Shown in pieces: positions 27,565 to 37,225 of a DNA stretch of 64,000 nucleotides. Each line of letters opens with the position of its first letter. The stretch's first letter is position 1. The stretch spans positions 96,001 through 160,000 of the forward strand of contig CAVSPA010000004.1 in the NCBI GenBank assembly GCA_963729715.1, in the 5' to 3' direction. Made by a program: the position numbers and the translations under genes. The notes beneath the pieces are model-generated. The model did not search any database, was not told the origin of the DNA, and saw nothing but the letters and a program-made list of their open reading frames with translations. Source of the DNA: an uncultured delta proteobacterium (GTDB lineage: Bacteria > Desulfobacterota > Syntrophia > Syntrophales > UBA2185).

Positions 27565-28359
27565 TTATAATGAATCCTTTACCACCTTTTTTACCAAGTC
27601 CGCACTAATGGTCTTTTGTTTTGTGCTGGAGGCAATCAAAAGTGCCAGATCACAGACATTGTTTATCTTCCTCGGCACGCCTTGGGAATACAGGTATATT
27701 TCTTCTATAGAGTCGGGAGGAAATATCCCGTTGGTCAGTCCCGCTCTCTCCATTCTGTAAACTATGTATTTTGCCGTCTCGTCGGCATTGAGTGGATTCA
27801 GATGGAATCTTATGGCGATCCTCTGATCGAGTTGTTTAAATTGCCTTATCAGGTCCTTCAGCTCCGGTTGTCCGATGAGAACGAATGTCATCAGGAACTT
27901 ATCGTTCAACTGAAAGTTCAGGAGCAAGCGAATCTCTTCGAAGGTATCGGTGTGTATGAGCTGTGCCTCATCGATGATGAGCAGAGTGGTCCTGTTTTTC
28001 CTGACATTTTCGAGCAGCCGCGTATTTAATATGGCGAGAAGCTCCGTCTTTGAATTAGTCCTGACATTCAGGCCAATCTGATAGAGCACCTCCTTCAGGA
28101 AGTCCAGCGGCTCGAGCGACGGGTTTGTTATCAATCCGATCTCAAAATCCTTTTCGGGAAGCTGCTGGATGAAAACCCTGCTGAGGAGAGTCTTTCCGCT
28201 TCCTATTTCGCCCGTAAGCAGGGCTGCCCCTTTTCTCCTCTTCACGGCATAGACTAGCCTGGCGAGGGCCTCGACGTGCTCATGTGAGTAGTACATGAAC
28301 TCCGGATCAGGTACATTTTCAAACGGGAATTTCTTGAAGCCCCAGTATTCTAAATACAT
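27565..28359 (-). CDS. ExeA/GspA-like AAA ATPase (EPS/PEP-CTERM-associated type)
   Basis: MYLEYWGFKKFPF..PDP, GEIGSGKT, IIDEAQ, LIGQPEL, QLDQRI, GVPRKINNVCD. Confidence 0.88.
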   Translation of the reverse strand: MYLEYWGFKKFPFENVPDPEFMYYSHEHVEALARLVYAVKRRKGAALLTGEIGSGKTLLSRVFIQQLPEKDFEIGLITNPSLEPLDFLKEVLYQIGLNVRTNSKTELLAILNTRLLENVRKNRTTLLIIDEAQLIHTDTFEEIRLLLNFQLNDKFLMTFVLIGQPELKDLIRQFKQLDQRIAIRFHLNPLNADETAKYIVYRMERAGLTNGIFPPDSIEEIYLYSQGVPRKINNVCDLALLIASSTKQKTISADLVKKVVKDSL

Positions 28360-28802
28360 TTCATCAACCCATCAATTGCCATATAGATCTCTGAAAAACA
28401 GAGCCTGTACTGAAATATTGAAAGTTTGTAGGGATCCTTAATGTCCCCGTATTCTTCATTATAATCCGGAGAAAATGATTTGAGACGATGAATCTTAGCC
28501 TCCGCTTCCGGGTACTTCTCGACGATTATTTTCTTGTGGATACCCTCCATGACGATGATCATATCTGCCTGGGAGACCATGTCTTCCGTCAATAGCTTTG
28601 AATGGTGACCGGCGCCATCGAGACCGTGCTCATCCAGTATTTCAACGGCTTTCGGATCGGCAGGCATGCCATTCATGTCGGTGACGGCGGCAGAGTAAAC
28701 CTCGATACCGGGTTTTTTGTCCTTTTTCAGCCTTTCTATGAGAATCCTTTCCGCCATGAAGCTTCTGACTATATTGGCAGTGCAGACAAATAAAATTTTC
28801 AT
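28350..28802 (-). CDS. wzb: Low-molecular-weight protein-tyrosine phosphatase (Wzb-like)
   Basis: FVCTANIVRS (Cx5R P-loop) and DIKDPY. Confidence 0.85.
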   Translation of the reverse strand: MKILFVCTANIVRSFMAERILIERLKKDKKPGIEVYSAAVTDMNGMPADPKAVEILDEHGLDGAGHHSKLLTEDMVSQADMIIVMEGIHKKIIVEKYPEAEAKIHRLKSFSPDYNEEYGDIKDPYKLSIFQYRLCFSEIYMAIDGLMKCI

Positions 28803-28927
28803 GAGAACGTGAGCGTCATTTATGAGATATCGTACTGCCCGGCAAATAGTGCAATATGTATTTCTAAGTCAGCTAAATATGGACGAAATGCTATCATAAT
28901 AGATCATACAAATCAACGGCAGATGAA

Positions 28928-29173
28928 CTATCCAAAATAAATCAGCTTCCCCACTACAGAAGGCCTGTCCAGGGGAACTGTTATAGGCTGAATTCTCTTC
29001 AATTCTTCGATATCCCATTTATCATCCCCGCGCAATATATCCAGGGCTTCCTCTTGGGAATTGGCGAGGACGAGAACCTCCGCCTGCATGTAATTGTCCC
29101 TGTAGATATGCGGCTCATCGAACATCGACCAGCTCGAGAATTTCTTGCTGTGCCGCCAGATGAAGATCTTCAT
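28928..29173 (-). CDS. Hypothetical protein (81 aa)
   Basis: GAGG RBS, protein-like composition, fits between neighbours on the same strand. Confidence 0.6.
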   Translation of the reverse strand: MKIFIWRHSKKFSSWSMFDEPHIYRDNYMQAEVLVLANSQEEALDILRGDDKWDIEELKRIQPITVPLDRPSVVGKLIYFG

Positions 29174-29194
29174 GGGTATTTACCTCTGAATGGT

Positions 29195-29545
29195 TTAATT
29201 TGGCACTTTGAACTGCGAACACAGTTCGGAAGATCCCGGCTTAAAATTTCTGCACGCCCTGGGCCTGTCTTCGTAGATCGTGCAGGTCGAGTATTTGCCC
29301 TCATATCTGAGGAAGGGACAGTTGAACAGTATCCGGCCGTCTTCTGACGATACGACAATGTCTCCTGCCCATGCGGCTTTTGAATGTTCCATGACACGGA
29401 GTATTTTCTTCTTTTCTTCACGCCTCCATCTTTCCATGTCTTCATGAGTTGCAGGAGCGTAAGCAGCCATACAGCACTTCCCGCAGCGCTTGCAGGTCAC
29501 AGACGATGTCTCGTTGTCTTGCGGCTTTTCCATTTTTACATGCAT
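29195..29545 (-). CDS. YkgJ-family CxxCxxCC cysteine-cluster protein
   Basis: CKRCGKCC...CPFL...CTIYEDRPRACRNF. Confidence 0.85.
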   Translation of the reverse strand: MHVKMEKPQDNETSSVTCKRCGKCCMAAYAPATHEDMERWRREEKKKILRVMEHSKAAWAGDIVVSSEDGRILFNCPFLRYEGKYSTCTIYEDRPRACRNFKPGSSELCSQFKVPN

Positions 29546-29739
29546 TCAAATGGCTAGTGAAGCATCTGCAAAATTGATACGCAAATGGCAAAACCAAACC
29601 GAAGGATCGTGGATGAAAGATAATGGCACTGCTGTGCCCACCGGGGCACAAGTAAAACGGAGAATGATGTGTTAGAAGCTACGGCCGAGTTTCTTCGCCT
29701 CTGTAATCCTGACAATGTTACAACTTCGCGAAGAGTGTT

Positions 29740-30804
29740 CTATTTCATTAACCCTCTCTCCTGGGCGATAGACCTGAGGGTCTCAATCACATTATCCGGA
29801 GGCGTGTAACAATCCTTCTCATCCTTGCGGATAAGCTCGATGGCATCGGCGCTGCACGTCGGAATGCAGAGGCCGCAGCCAATGCAGCGGTCCGAGTCGA
29901 CTCTCGCAATGTCGTCCTTCATGCTGATTGCCGCCATCTGGCACCTGTCGAGGCAGATTTCACAGCCGATACAGTCCTCTTCATTGACCTTCGCGTAGTA
30001 ATTGGTATGGACGAGGGTCGCCGGTTTGGGCAGTCTCTTAAGGCTCTTCAGTATCTGACAGCAATCGCCGCAGCAAAGGCACATGGCCATTATCTTCTGC
30101 GCGTTTGTAGGTTGGAGAACGAGGGCGTCTTCTTCCGCCCTTTTCAGGATTTGCAGGGCCTCTTCGCGGCTGATCGGGCGTCCCAAGCCGTTCTTTTCAT
30201 AGAAATGAGCGGCGCCGGAAAAGATGAGGCAGGCCTCCGCCAACTTGCCGCATCCTTTCCCGATCATGGAATGCTCCCTTCTACATATGCAGGGCGCAAC
30301 AACAATCTTGCTCTGCTGTTCAATCAACCGCCGGGCCTCCTCGTAAGGCATCACGCTTCCCTGCCCGTCGAGGCTGGCGCCGATTGGTATGGTTCTCAGT
30401 TGCTTGGTTTTGAGCTTCAGGAATGGATCGATTAGATGAGGGATATATTCATTCATATCCTTTATAAGCTCTTCATCCAGGTCATTAACGTGGTACTCCC
30501 AGATGCCGACGACATACTGGGCTGCCATGTAGCGTGGCCCGTCGGGCGTGTCGGCGCGGAAGATCAATCCATTTAGTGACATCTGATAAAGCTTATCCGC
30601 AAGTTCTTCCGCAGGCAGTCCCGCGCGCTTCGCAATTCGCTCGACGGGCTCCGGCATCACACGCAGATGGCAGGCGAGAGTGGCTTCATCTTCGGTAAAC
30701 AGCCGTTTGAGGATGCGCATCTCCACGCCCGATTCCGTGCGGGGGAAACCGCCGGGGAGGCCGTCCAGGTGAACAGCCAAGGTTTCATAGATATCCTGCG
30801 TCAT
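29740..30804 (-). CDS. 4Fe-4S ferredoxin-domain protein
   Basis: CICR, C..C, CLCCGDCC and two CxxCxxCxxxC motifs (CIGCEICLDRC, CIGCGLCIPTC). Confidence 0.85.
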   Translation of the reverse strand: MTQDIYETLAVHLDGLPGGFPRTESGVEMRILKRLFTEDEATLACHLRVMPEPVERIAKRAGLPAEELADKLYQMSLNGLIFRADTPDGPRYMAAQYVVGIWEYHVNDLDEELIKDMNEYIPHLIDPFLKLKTKQLRTIPIGASLDGQGSVMPYEEARRLIEQQSKIVVAPCICRREHSMIGKGCGKLAEACLIFSGAAHFYEKNGLGRPISREEALQILKRAEEDALVLQPTNAQKIMAMCLCCGDCCQILKSLKRLPKPATLVHTNYYAKVNEEDCIGCEICLDRCQMAAISMKDDIARVDSDRCIGCGLCIPTCSADAIELIRKDEKDCYTPPDNVIETLRSIAQERGLMK

Positions 30805-30979
30805 ATGTTCTGTACCTCATGAGATATTAAGGCAATCCCATTGCCTCTTCTTTCTGGTAGAAGTAGCGATTTTACTTATCAGCGTCAAGGATTATTTGTG
30901 AGTTTCGACAGCAGAACCATGGAATGTTGCAGCGGCAAGAGCGAGTCTAAGAGAGAGAGGGGCCTTCCCGGGATTGTGT

Positions 30980-31693
30980 TTATTTGCTGATGATATCCAC
31001 GAAGCGACCCAGTATAGCTCCGGCATCGCCGAGCGGAGGCGTATAGCGCCAGTTATTGGAATCCTCGCCGTCATGGTTGACAATCAGATGGGCATAATTC
31101 TCACCCATCTTCATTTCATCGTAAGCCATGGACGCACGCGTTTGCAGGTCCTCCAATACTTCCGGGGTGAGGAGCTTTCCCTGCTGCTGCGTGCGGCTGA
31201 TAAGTTTGGGCAGCATGATGGCGGCTGCGGTTTCCCCGAGTGAATGAAATCCCATGTTCACCTGGAGGGCATGAATTTCGTCATCGAAAGCAGGACTGAT
31301 AAAGACGGTGTAAACCTCAAAATCAGCAGTCAACTTTCGTATCAGTGGATGATCTCGGAACAGTTTGCCGAAGGTGGGATATATTTCAAGGATAATCAGG
31401 CTGCCGTCGGTAAAGAGCGCCTGCATTTCCATGAGGTCTATGGCCTGCCAGATTTTTCGTATCTGACCAATGATGTAACGCTCGGGGGGGTATGACCTTA
31501 TATCCTCTTCGGAGCGAAAATAATAATCGACGCCTTCCGTTTCTATGGACCGGGGCGGCCTGCTCGTATAAAGGATGGGCATCCGGAAAGATATTTCCGG
31601 GTGCACCCTCTTGAGCGCTTTGAGCAGGGGTGATTTCCCGACGCACGATGGACCCGACAGAATGATGAGACGTTTTTTTATGTTCATTCCCAT
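30980..31693 (-). CDS. Guanylate kinase-like protein (divergent)
   Basis: IILSGPSCVGKS, YTSRPPRSIETEGVDYYF, VFISP, LIVNHD. Confidence 0.75.
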   Translation of the reverse strand: MGMNIKKRLIILSGPSCVGKSPLLKALKRVHPEISFRMPILYTSRPPRSIETEGVDYYFRSEEDIRSYPPERYIIGQIRKIWQAIDLMEMQALFTDGSLIILEIYPTFGKLFRDHPLIRKLTADFEVYTVFISPAFDDEIHALQVNMGFHSLGETAAAIMLPKLISRTQQQGKLLTPEVLEDLQTRASMAYDEMKMGENYAHLIVNHDGEDSNNWRYTPPLGDAGAILGRFVDIISK

Positions 31694-31864
31694 GTGTTCA
31701 TAAATTGCTGCAATTGCAAGCTATATAAATTACCGTCAAAAGGGGAAAAATGCGTTGTCATCATGCATTTTATATATTAAGGTTGCGTTAAATTATCGTC
31801 TCAAAGTCTTATGCGCTTTAGCATTAAAATAAATCTGTGTAAATGCAAAAAGGATGAATACGCC

Positions 31865-31893
31865 TTGACCCTAAGGAGAGTCTTTTCGATACT
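31865..31893 (+). promoter_or_regulatory. Putative sigma70 promoter
   Basis: TTGACC-N17-GATACT upstream of ORF 31925. Confidence 0.35.
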
Positions 31894-31924
31894 ATAGACG
31901 GGACTTGCAGGGAAGAAAATAATT

Positions 31925-33127
31925 ATGATCACCATTAACAGTTTTCTGCATCGCAATGATTTGAAGGATTTGATACGAAGATGGATGTACTGCGAGGTGA
32001 ATCCGTCCGATGCGGACCTGATTACCCGCCTGGTTCATTTCAACAATATTTATCTTTCCAGATATCTGAATATTTTTTCGCGCAAAATATTTCAGGGCCT
32101 GCACAAATGTGAACTCCATGCAAGGCCTGGCTTCGTAAAGAGTGACCTCAAGGACATAATTGTCGCCAATCCGCCTTATAGCAACCCCAGGATAGACGGG
32201 CTAATCGCCGACTACCAGGCTGAGCCGGGCCGTTTTTACAGGGAGACCCCTTTCCATGCCACTTTATTTTTTAAGAAGAGCGGCCTTGCAGACGAATATC
32301 TCGGATCAAGCAGAAAGAAGCGCGTGCACAGGATGGCGGAGAAATCCGCCCGCAGAATTATCGACTGGATGTTCGAAGCTATCAGGAAACGCGCGGATCT
32401 GCTTGCTGATGAGCGCGCCAGAATCCTCGGCGTTCCGAGGGATCAGCTTGCGACGTCGCAGGAAGAGATGATTGAAGAATTCCTCAAGGCGGAAAACCGG
32501 CTGGTCGAGGATTTCAGGCAGAAGCGGGAGATTCACGATGTTCACGACATGATAATCAATGACGTGGCGGGCATGAAGGTGATACTCGAAGATTCACAGC
32601 AGGGAGAGTTGTTGAACGTCCTTCGGGATATGGAGGGATGTGAAATCGTTGAGGAGGAGCGGCATGCGGGGAAATACAATGCGACTAATGTGATCGTTCG
32701 TTATGCTCCGCCGCGTGAAGAGATACTCAGTCACGACCTGAGCGAGAAGATCATCGACGTCATGCGCCTTCGAGGCTCAAGACCGGTTGATTCCAATCGC
32801 GAGTTTGCAGAATTCGTCAGATCCGGTGAGGATCATATATACATGGAAATAATAGTTTCCGATTACGAAGAAATGCTGGAGAGTGAAATCGGCCGGTGCA
32901 TGCACGAAGACCGGATCATCGAGCAGCGCTTGCGGCAGCCGTATAACGGGCACCTCGCAAAGAATATAGAGTACCTCATGGAGTATCTGTTTGTCTTTCC
33001 TTATTCAGCGCAGTATGAACTCGGGGAACTGCCGATCAAGCTGTGGAACCGTTACCTGCCCGATTACTTTGATGAGGTGCTGAGAAAGCTTTACCACATT
33101 CCGCGGGGCAACACGGTCGAGGAATGA
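31925..33127 (+). CDS. Hypothetical protein with RelA/SpoT-synthetase-like nucleotidyltransferase motifs
   Basis: Long ORF; SRKKRVHRMAEK, NDVAGMKVI, GKYNATNVIV and MEIIV..ESEIG...H occur in the order of the RSH synthetase motifs. Confidence 0.6.
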   Translation: MITINSFLHRNDLKDLIRRWMYCEVNPSDADLITRLVHFNNIYLSRYLNIFSRKIFQGLHKCELHARPGFVKSDLKDIIVANPPYSNPRIDGLIADYQAEPGRFYRETPFHATLFFKKSGLADEYLGSSRKKRVHRMAEKSARRIIDWMFEAIRKRADLLADERARILGVPRDQLATSQEEMIEEFLKAENRLVEDFRQKREIHDVHDMIINDVAGMKVILEDSQQGELLNVLRDMEGCEIVEEERHAGKYNATNVIVRYAPPREEILSHDLSEKIIDVMRLRGSRPVDSNREFAEFVRSGEDHIYMEIIVSDYEEMLESEIGRCMHEDRIIEQRLRQPYNGHLAKNIEYLMEYLFVFPYSAQYELGELPIKLWNRYLPDYFDEVLRKLYHIPRGNTVEE

Positions 33128-33173
33128 AGTCCCCCGGGTGCAAGAAATACCCTTAAGGCAAAGAATATTCTTC

Positions 33174-33710
33174 TTAGGAAGGAAAGAGTTTTAATATCTC
33201 CGGAAGCAGCGAATTTCTGTTAGTCTCTATCATCACGAAAAGCTCAACATCATCGCGTTTCTTAATCTCTTCGATAATGCCTTCGCCCTTGCGGGCGATG
33301 GTGGCAATGACGGGCCTCTCCTCTGCGAGTATTGTTTTCAATAATTTTTTGAATCTATCGGAAATGCATTCCATCTTGCCTATTTCGTCGATTATGATCA
33401 GGCCGGTTTCGGGACCGAAAAACGTGATATGTTCGAGAAAATCGTCAAAGGCGGCAATATCTACGCCGTACTTTCCCACTCTGTGACGCCCGGTGATGTC
33501 CGTGTGGGAAAGCATTCCCCTCCTGCCGTCAAGGCTAACCAAAGAAAATCCCTTGCGGATGCCTTTTATGCGCATCTCCTCCGTGTAGAAACCGGCAGGA
33601 TTAAGATTCCGCAAGTCATGTGAGATTCTTCTGATAAGCGTCGTCTTACCTATGCCCGGGGAGCCTGTTATGAGGATGTTTTTTTTTCGCATGGTAAAAC
33701 TCATTGACAC
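33174..33710 (-). CDS. NTPase (THEP1/NTPase_1 family)
   Basis: ITGSPGIGKTT, GFYTEE, VGKYGVD, IIDEIGKME. Confidence 0.9.
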   Translation of the reverse strand: MSMSFTMRKKNILITGSPGIGKTTLIRRISHDLRNLNPAGFYTEEMRIKGIRKGFSLVSLDGRRGMLSHTDITGRHRVGKYGVDIAAFDDFLEHITFFGPETGLIIIDEIGKMECISDRFKKLLKTILAEERPVIATIARKGEGIIEEIKKRDDVELFVMIETNRNSLLPEILKLFPS

Positions 33711-33878
33711 TCGGGAGCGCTTTTCCTATACTTTAGACCATCAAAGAATGTCATCAAAAAGTCTATCAAAGTCAAACGGGTTTTTCATTGAAAAAGATTT
33801 CTCGAGTACCTCCCGGATATGGCCGGATATGGATTGAACTATATTCGAAAACACGCACAGAGGTAAACGGGGCAGGAC

Positions 33879-36800
33879 ATGGGTCTGAAAATATTCACCA
33901 GCAACAGATTGGAAACCCTGGCAGAGAAACTCAGTGAGGTCCTCAGGGCGCCCCTTTCTTCGCCTCTGGAGAAAGAGGTGATTATTGTGCAGAGCCGGGG
34001 CATGGAACGCTGGGTCTCCATGCGGCTGGCGCATCATCTCGGCGTGTCGGCAAATATCTCCTTTGCCTTCCCCAAAGCATTTGTGTCGCGCGTAATGTCT
34101 GCGGTAATGCCGGAGTGTCTGCAGAATCAGGCCACCGATCCGGACGCAATGACTTGGAAGGTCATGGGATTGCTTCCTTCATTTTTAAAAAGCCCCGGCT
34201 TCGAAACTATCGATGTCTATCTCTCTGGCAACAATGCCGCTTTCGAGGAGAAGGGACTGCGCTTTGACCTGAAGCTCTTCCAGCTTGCGGAACGGATAGC
34301 GCATGTTTTTGATCAGTATCTGATCTTCCGGCCCGAGATGGTGATGTCCTGGGAGGAGGGAGCAGCGGGCGGGAAAGAGGAGAATTGGCAGGCGGAAGTA
34401 TGGCGTGCATTGATGAAGGGAGACCGTTCTTACCACCCTGCGAGGCTCCGGGATGAGTTTCTTAAAAAAATTAAATACGAGAGCATTGACGCAGATCTTC
34501 TGCCGGAGAGGATTTCAGTCTTCGGCATCTCATCGCTACCGCGTTTTCATCTGGACATCATTCATGCACTTGCCGGCTCAATAGACGTCAATTTTTTCCT
34601 CATGAGCCCGTCGCAGGAATTCTGGCTTGATATCCGCTCCGACAGGGAGATGAGGCGGGAGCTGTCAAGAGTGAGGGAGAAGAGGGGGCGGCAGAGCCCT
34701 ACCGAAGAGTCATTATACCTGGAAAGGGGCAACAGCTTGCTCTCATCGTTGGGTTCACTCGGAAGGGAATTTTTTGGCAGCATGTCTGATTTCCAGGCGG
34801 AATATTGTGATTCCTTCGCGGACGGCGGCGAGAAAAACATGCTTCCCGCGATACAGTCGGACATGCTCAATTTGCGGGACAGGGGCAGGAAGGATGATGA
34901 CGCGCCGCTCGTTATCTCTGATGATGACTCGTCGATACAGATCCATTCGTGTCACAGTAAGATGCGGGAGGTTGAGGTTCTCTACGACAATGTTCTGGCC
35001 ATGTTCGAAGAAAACCCTTCACTGATGCCCAAGGATATCCTGGTTATGACACCGGATATTGAAGCGTATGCACCCTTCATAGAGGCCGTCTTTGATATTC
35101 CCGAAAGCAGGGAATCGACTGAGAGGCAGCGCATCCCCTTCAGCATAGCCGATATCAGTGTGAAGACAGAGGTTGAGATCACCGACACCTTCTTTGAGAT
35201 ATTAGACCTTTACGGGAGCAGGTTTGAAGTCTCGCGCATCATTTCCATCCTCGAATCGACCCATGTGGGCAGGAAGTTCGACCTCTCCGAGAAGGATGTT
35301 GCCACAATCAGATGGTGGGTTGGGGACACGCGTATCTACTGGGGGATCGATGAAGAAAATCGCCGGCACGTCGGATTTTCGGGTATTTCGGAAAATACCT
35401 GGAAAGCGGGGCTGGAGCGTCTGCTCCTCGGTTATGCGATGCCCGGGAAGGATGATCGGCTTTTTGAAGATATTCTGCCTTACGATGATATTGAAGGCGG
35501 AGAAGCAGCGGTTCTGGGGCGTTTCGCAACTTTTGTTAGTGAGCTCTTCATGGAAGCAGGCAACCTCGGCCACTTGATGACTATCGATGCCTGGTCGCGG
35601 ACACTCGTTGGCATTCTCGATAAATTTTTTCAGATTGATGATGATATCGAATCGGGAAGGGGCCTCTATGTTTTCAGACAGAAGCTCAGGGGACTGGAGG
35701 GCATGCGGGTCGATTCAGGATTCTCTGAGACTTTAGGGCTCGACGTAATAAAATATTATTTGAGGCATGTCCTTGGGGAAGAAACTCTCGGCGCCGGTTT
35801 CCTCACGGGCGGAATGACGTTCTGTGCGATGCTGCCTATGCGGAGTATTCCCTTTAAGGTCATATGCCTTCTCGGCATGAATAACAACAGTTTTCCCCGC
35901 CAGTCGAGGTCCTTGGGCTTTGACCTGATGTTAAAATCGCCGCGGCCGGGTGATCCGTCGCGGCGAAACGATGACCGTTATCTTTTCCTTGAGGCTATTC
36001 TATCGGCAAGGGAACGGTTATACATCAGCTATGTCGGCCAGAGCATAGAGGACAATAGCCTTATCCCGCCTTCTGTGCTTGTCAGTGAACTTCTCGATTA
36101 TCTGAAGCAGGGCTTCACAATATGCGGGAGAGATATTTCCGAGCACGTCATAACAAGGCATCGGCTGCAGGCATTCAATCCCGCATACTTCCGCGGCAAT
36201 CGGGGGTTGTTCAGCTATTCCGAGGAGGATTGCAGAGCCGCGCGCAGCCTGCTCAGTCCCGGTGCATCTCCTCTTGCATTCATAGACACTGTGCTTTCCG
36301 AACCGGGAGACGAATGGAAGACCGTTGATTTGAGCGACCTCATGAGCTTCTTCAGGAATCCGGGGAGATTCATCCTGCAGAGGCGCCTTGGCGTGATCCT
36401 CGGAGATGAGGCAGAGATTCTGCGTGAGGAAGAATTATTCGATCTTGCGGGTCTCGAGAAATACAGCCTTGAACAGACTCTTGTGGAGAAGGTCCTTGCA
36501 GGATGGAACCTCGACGACTACTTTTCCGTGGCCAAGGCGTCCGGGCAGCTTCCCTACGGCACGGTCGGGTCTTACCGCTATAGAAGTCTCGCTCAAGGTG
36601 CTGCGGAATTTGCCGCGCGGATTCGTCCCTATCTCGTGAGTGATAGACTGGCGCCGCTAAATATCAATATGGCGATTTCCGGATTCACCCTCACCGGCCG
36701 CATCGATTCCATTCATGCGGGCGGTCTGACACAGTTCCGGTATGCAAGGCTTAGGGCAATAGACTTCCTGCAGGCGTGGCTGCGACAGCTCGTCTTGAAT

Positions 36801-37193
36801 GCCGCAGGGAATGGTGACTATCCGCGCCGGGGCTTTCTCTTTGGCAGTACGGCATCGTGCGAATATACGCGGGTCGATGAGCCTGAGGAGATACTTCAGA
36901 AATTGCTAAAAGCATACGCGACAGGCCTCTCCCAGCCGCTCAAATTTTTTCCCGACAGTTCATGGGCATATGCAGAGACGGTGCTTATCAAGGGAAGGTC
37001 GAAAGACGCAGGGATAGAGGAGGCAAAGAAGGTTTGGGAGGGGAGCGATTTCGCTGAAAGACCGGGGGAACGTGATGACCCATATTTCAGCCTGTGCTTC
37101 CGTAATGCAGATCCCATCGATGCTGAGTTTCAGGGGATTGCGGAGGATATCTTTGCGCCGCTTATCGCGCATCAGAAAAATCTTGAGCCATAA
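33879..37193 (+). CDS. recC: Exodeoxyribonuclease V gamma subunit
   Basis: SNRLETLA, IVQSRGMERW, FDQYLIFRP, HSCHSKMREVEVL, PMRSIPFKV, DDRYLFLEAILSAR. Confidence 0.95.
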   Translation: MGLKIFTSNRLETLAEKLSEVLRAPLSSPLEKEVIIVQSRGMERWVSMRLAHHLGVSANISFAFPKAFVSRVMSAVMPECLQNQATDPDAMTWKVMGLLPSFLKSPGFETIDVYLSGNNAAFEEKGLRFDLKLFQLAERIAHVFDQYLIFRPEMVMSWEEGAAGGKEENWQAEVWRALMKGDRSYHPARLRDEFLKKIKYESIDADLLPERISVFGISSLPRFHLDIIHALAGSIDVNFFLMSPSQEFWLDIRSDREMRRELSRVREKRGRQSPTEESLYLERGNSLLSSLGSLGREFFGSMSDFQAEYCDSFADGGEKNMLPAIQSDMLNLRDRGRKDDDAPLVISDDDSSIQIHSCHSKMREVEVLYDNVLAMFEENPSLMPKDILVMTPDIEAYAPFIEAVFDIPESRESTERQRIPFSIADISVKTEVEITDTFFEILDLYGSRFEVSRIISILESTHVGRKFDLSEKDVATIRWWVGDTRIYWGIDEENRRHVGFSGISENTWKAGLERLLLGYAMPGKDDRLFEDILPYDDIEGGEAAVLGRFATFVSELFMEAGNLGHLMTIDAWSRTLVGILDKFFQIDDDIESGRGLYVFRQKLRGLEGMRVDSGFSETLGLDVIKYYLRHVLGEETLGAGFLTGGMTFCAMLPMRSIPFKVICLLGMNNNSFPRQSRSLGFDLMLKSPRPGDPSRRNDDRYLFLEAILSARERLYISYVGQSIEDNSLIPPSVLVSELLDYLKQGFTICGRDISEHVITRHRLQAFNPAYFRGNRGLFSYSEEDCRAARSLLSPGASPLAFIDTVLSEPGDEWKTVDLSDLMSFFRNPGRFILQRRLGVILGDEAEILREEELFDLAGLEKYSLEQTLVEKVLAGWNLDDYFSVAKASGQLPYGTVGSYRYRSLAQGAAEFAARIRPYLVSDRLAPLNINMAISGFTLTGRIDSIHAGGLTQFRYARLRAIDFLQAWLRQLVLNAAGNGDYPRRGFLFGSTASCEYTRVDEPEEILQKLLKAYATGLSQPLKFFPDSSWAYAETVLIKGRSKDAGIEEAKKVWEGSDFAERPGERDDPYFSLCFRNADPIDAEFQGIAEDIFAPLIAHQKNLEP

Positions 37194-37225
37194 GGGATTG
37201 ATGTAAACGGGATGATTGGAGACAC

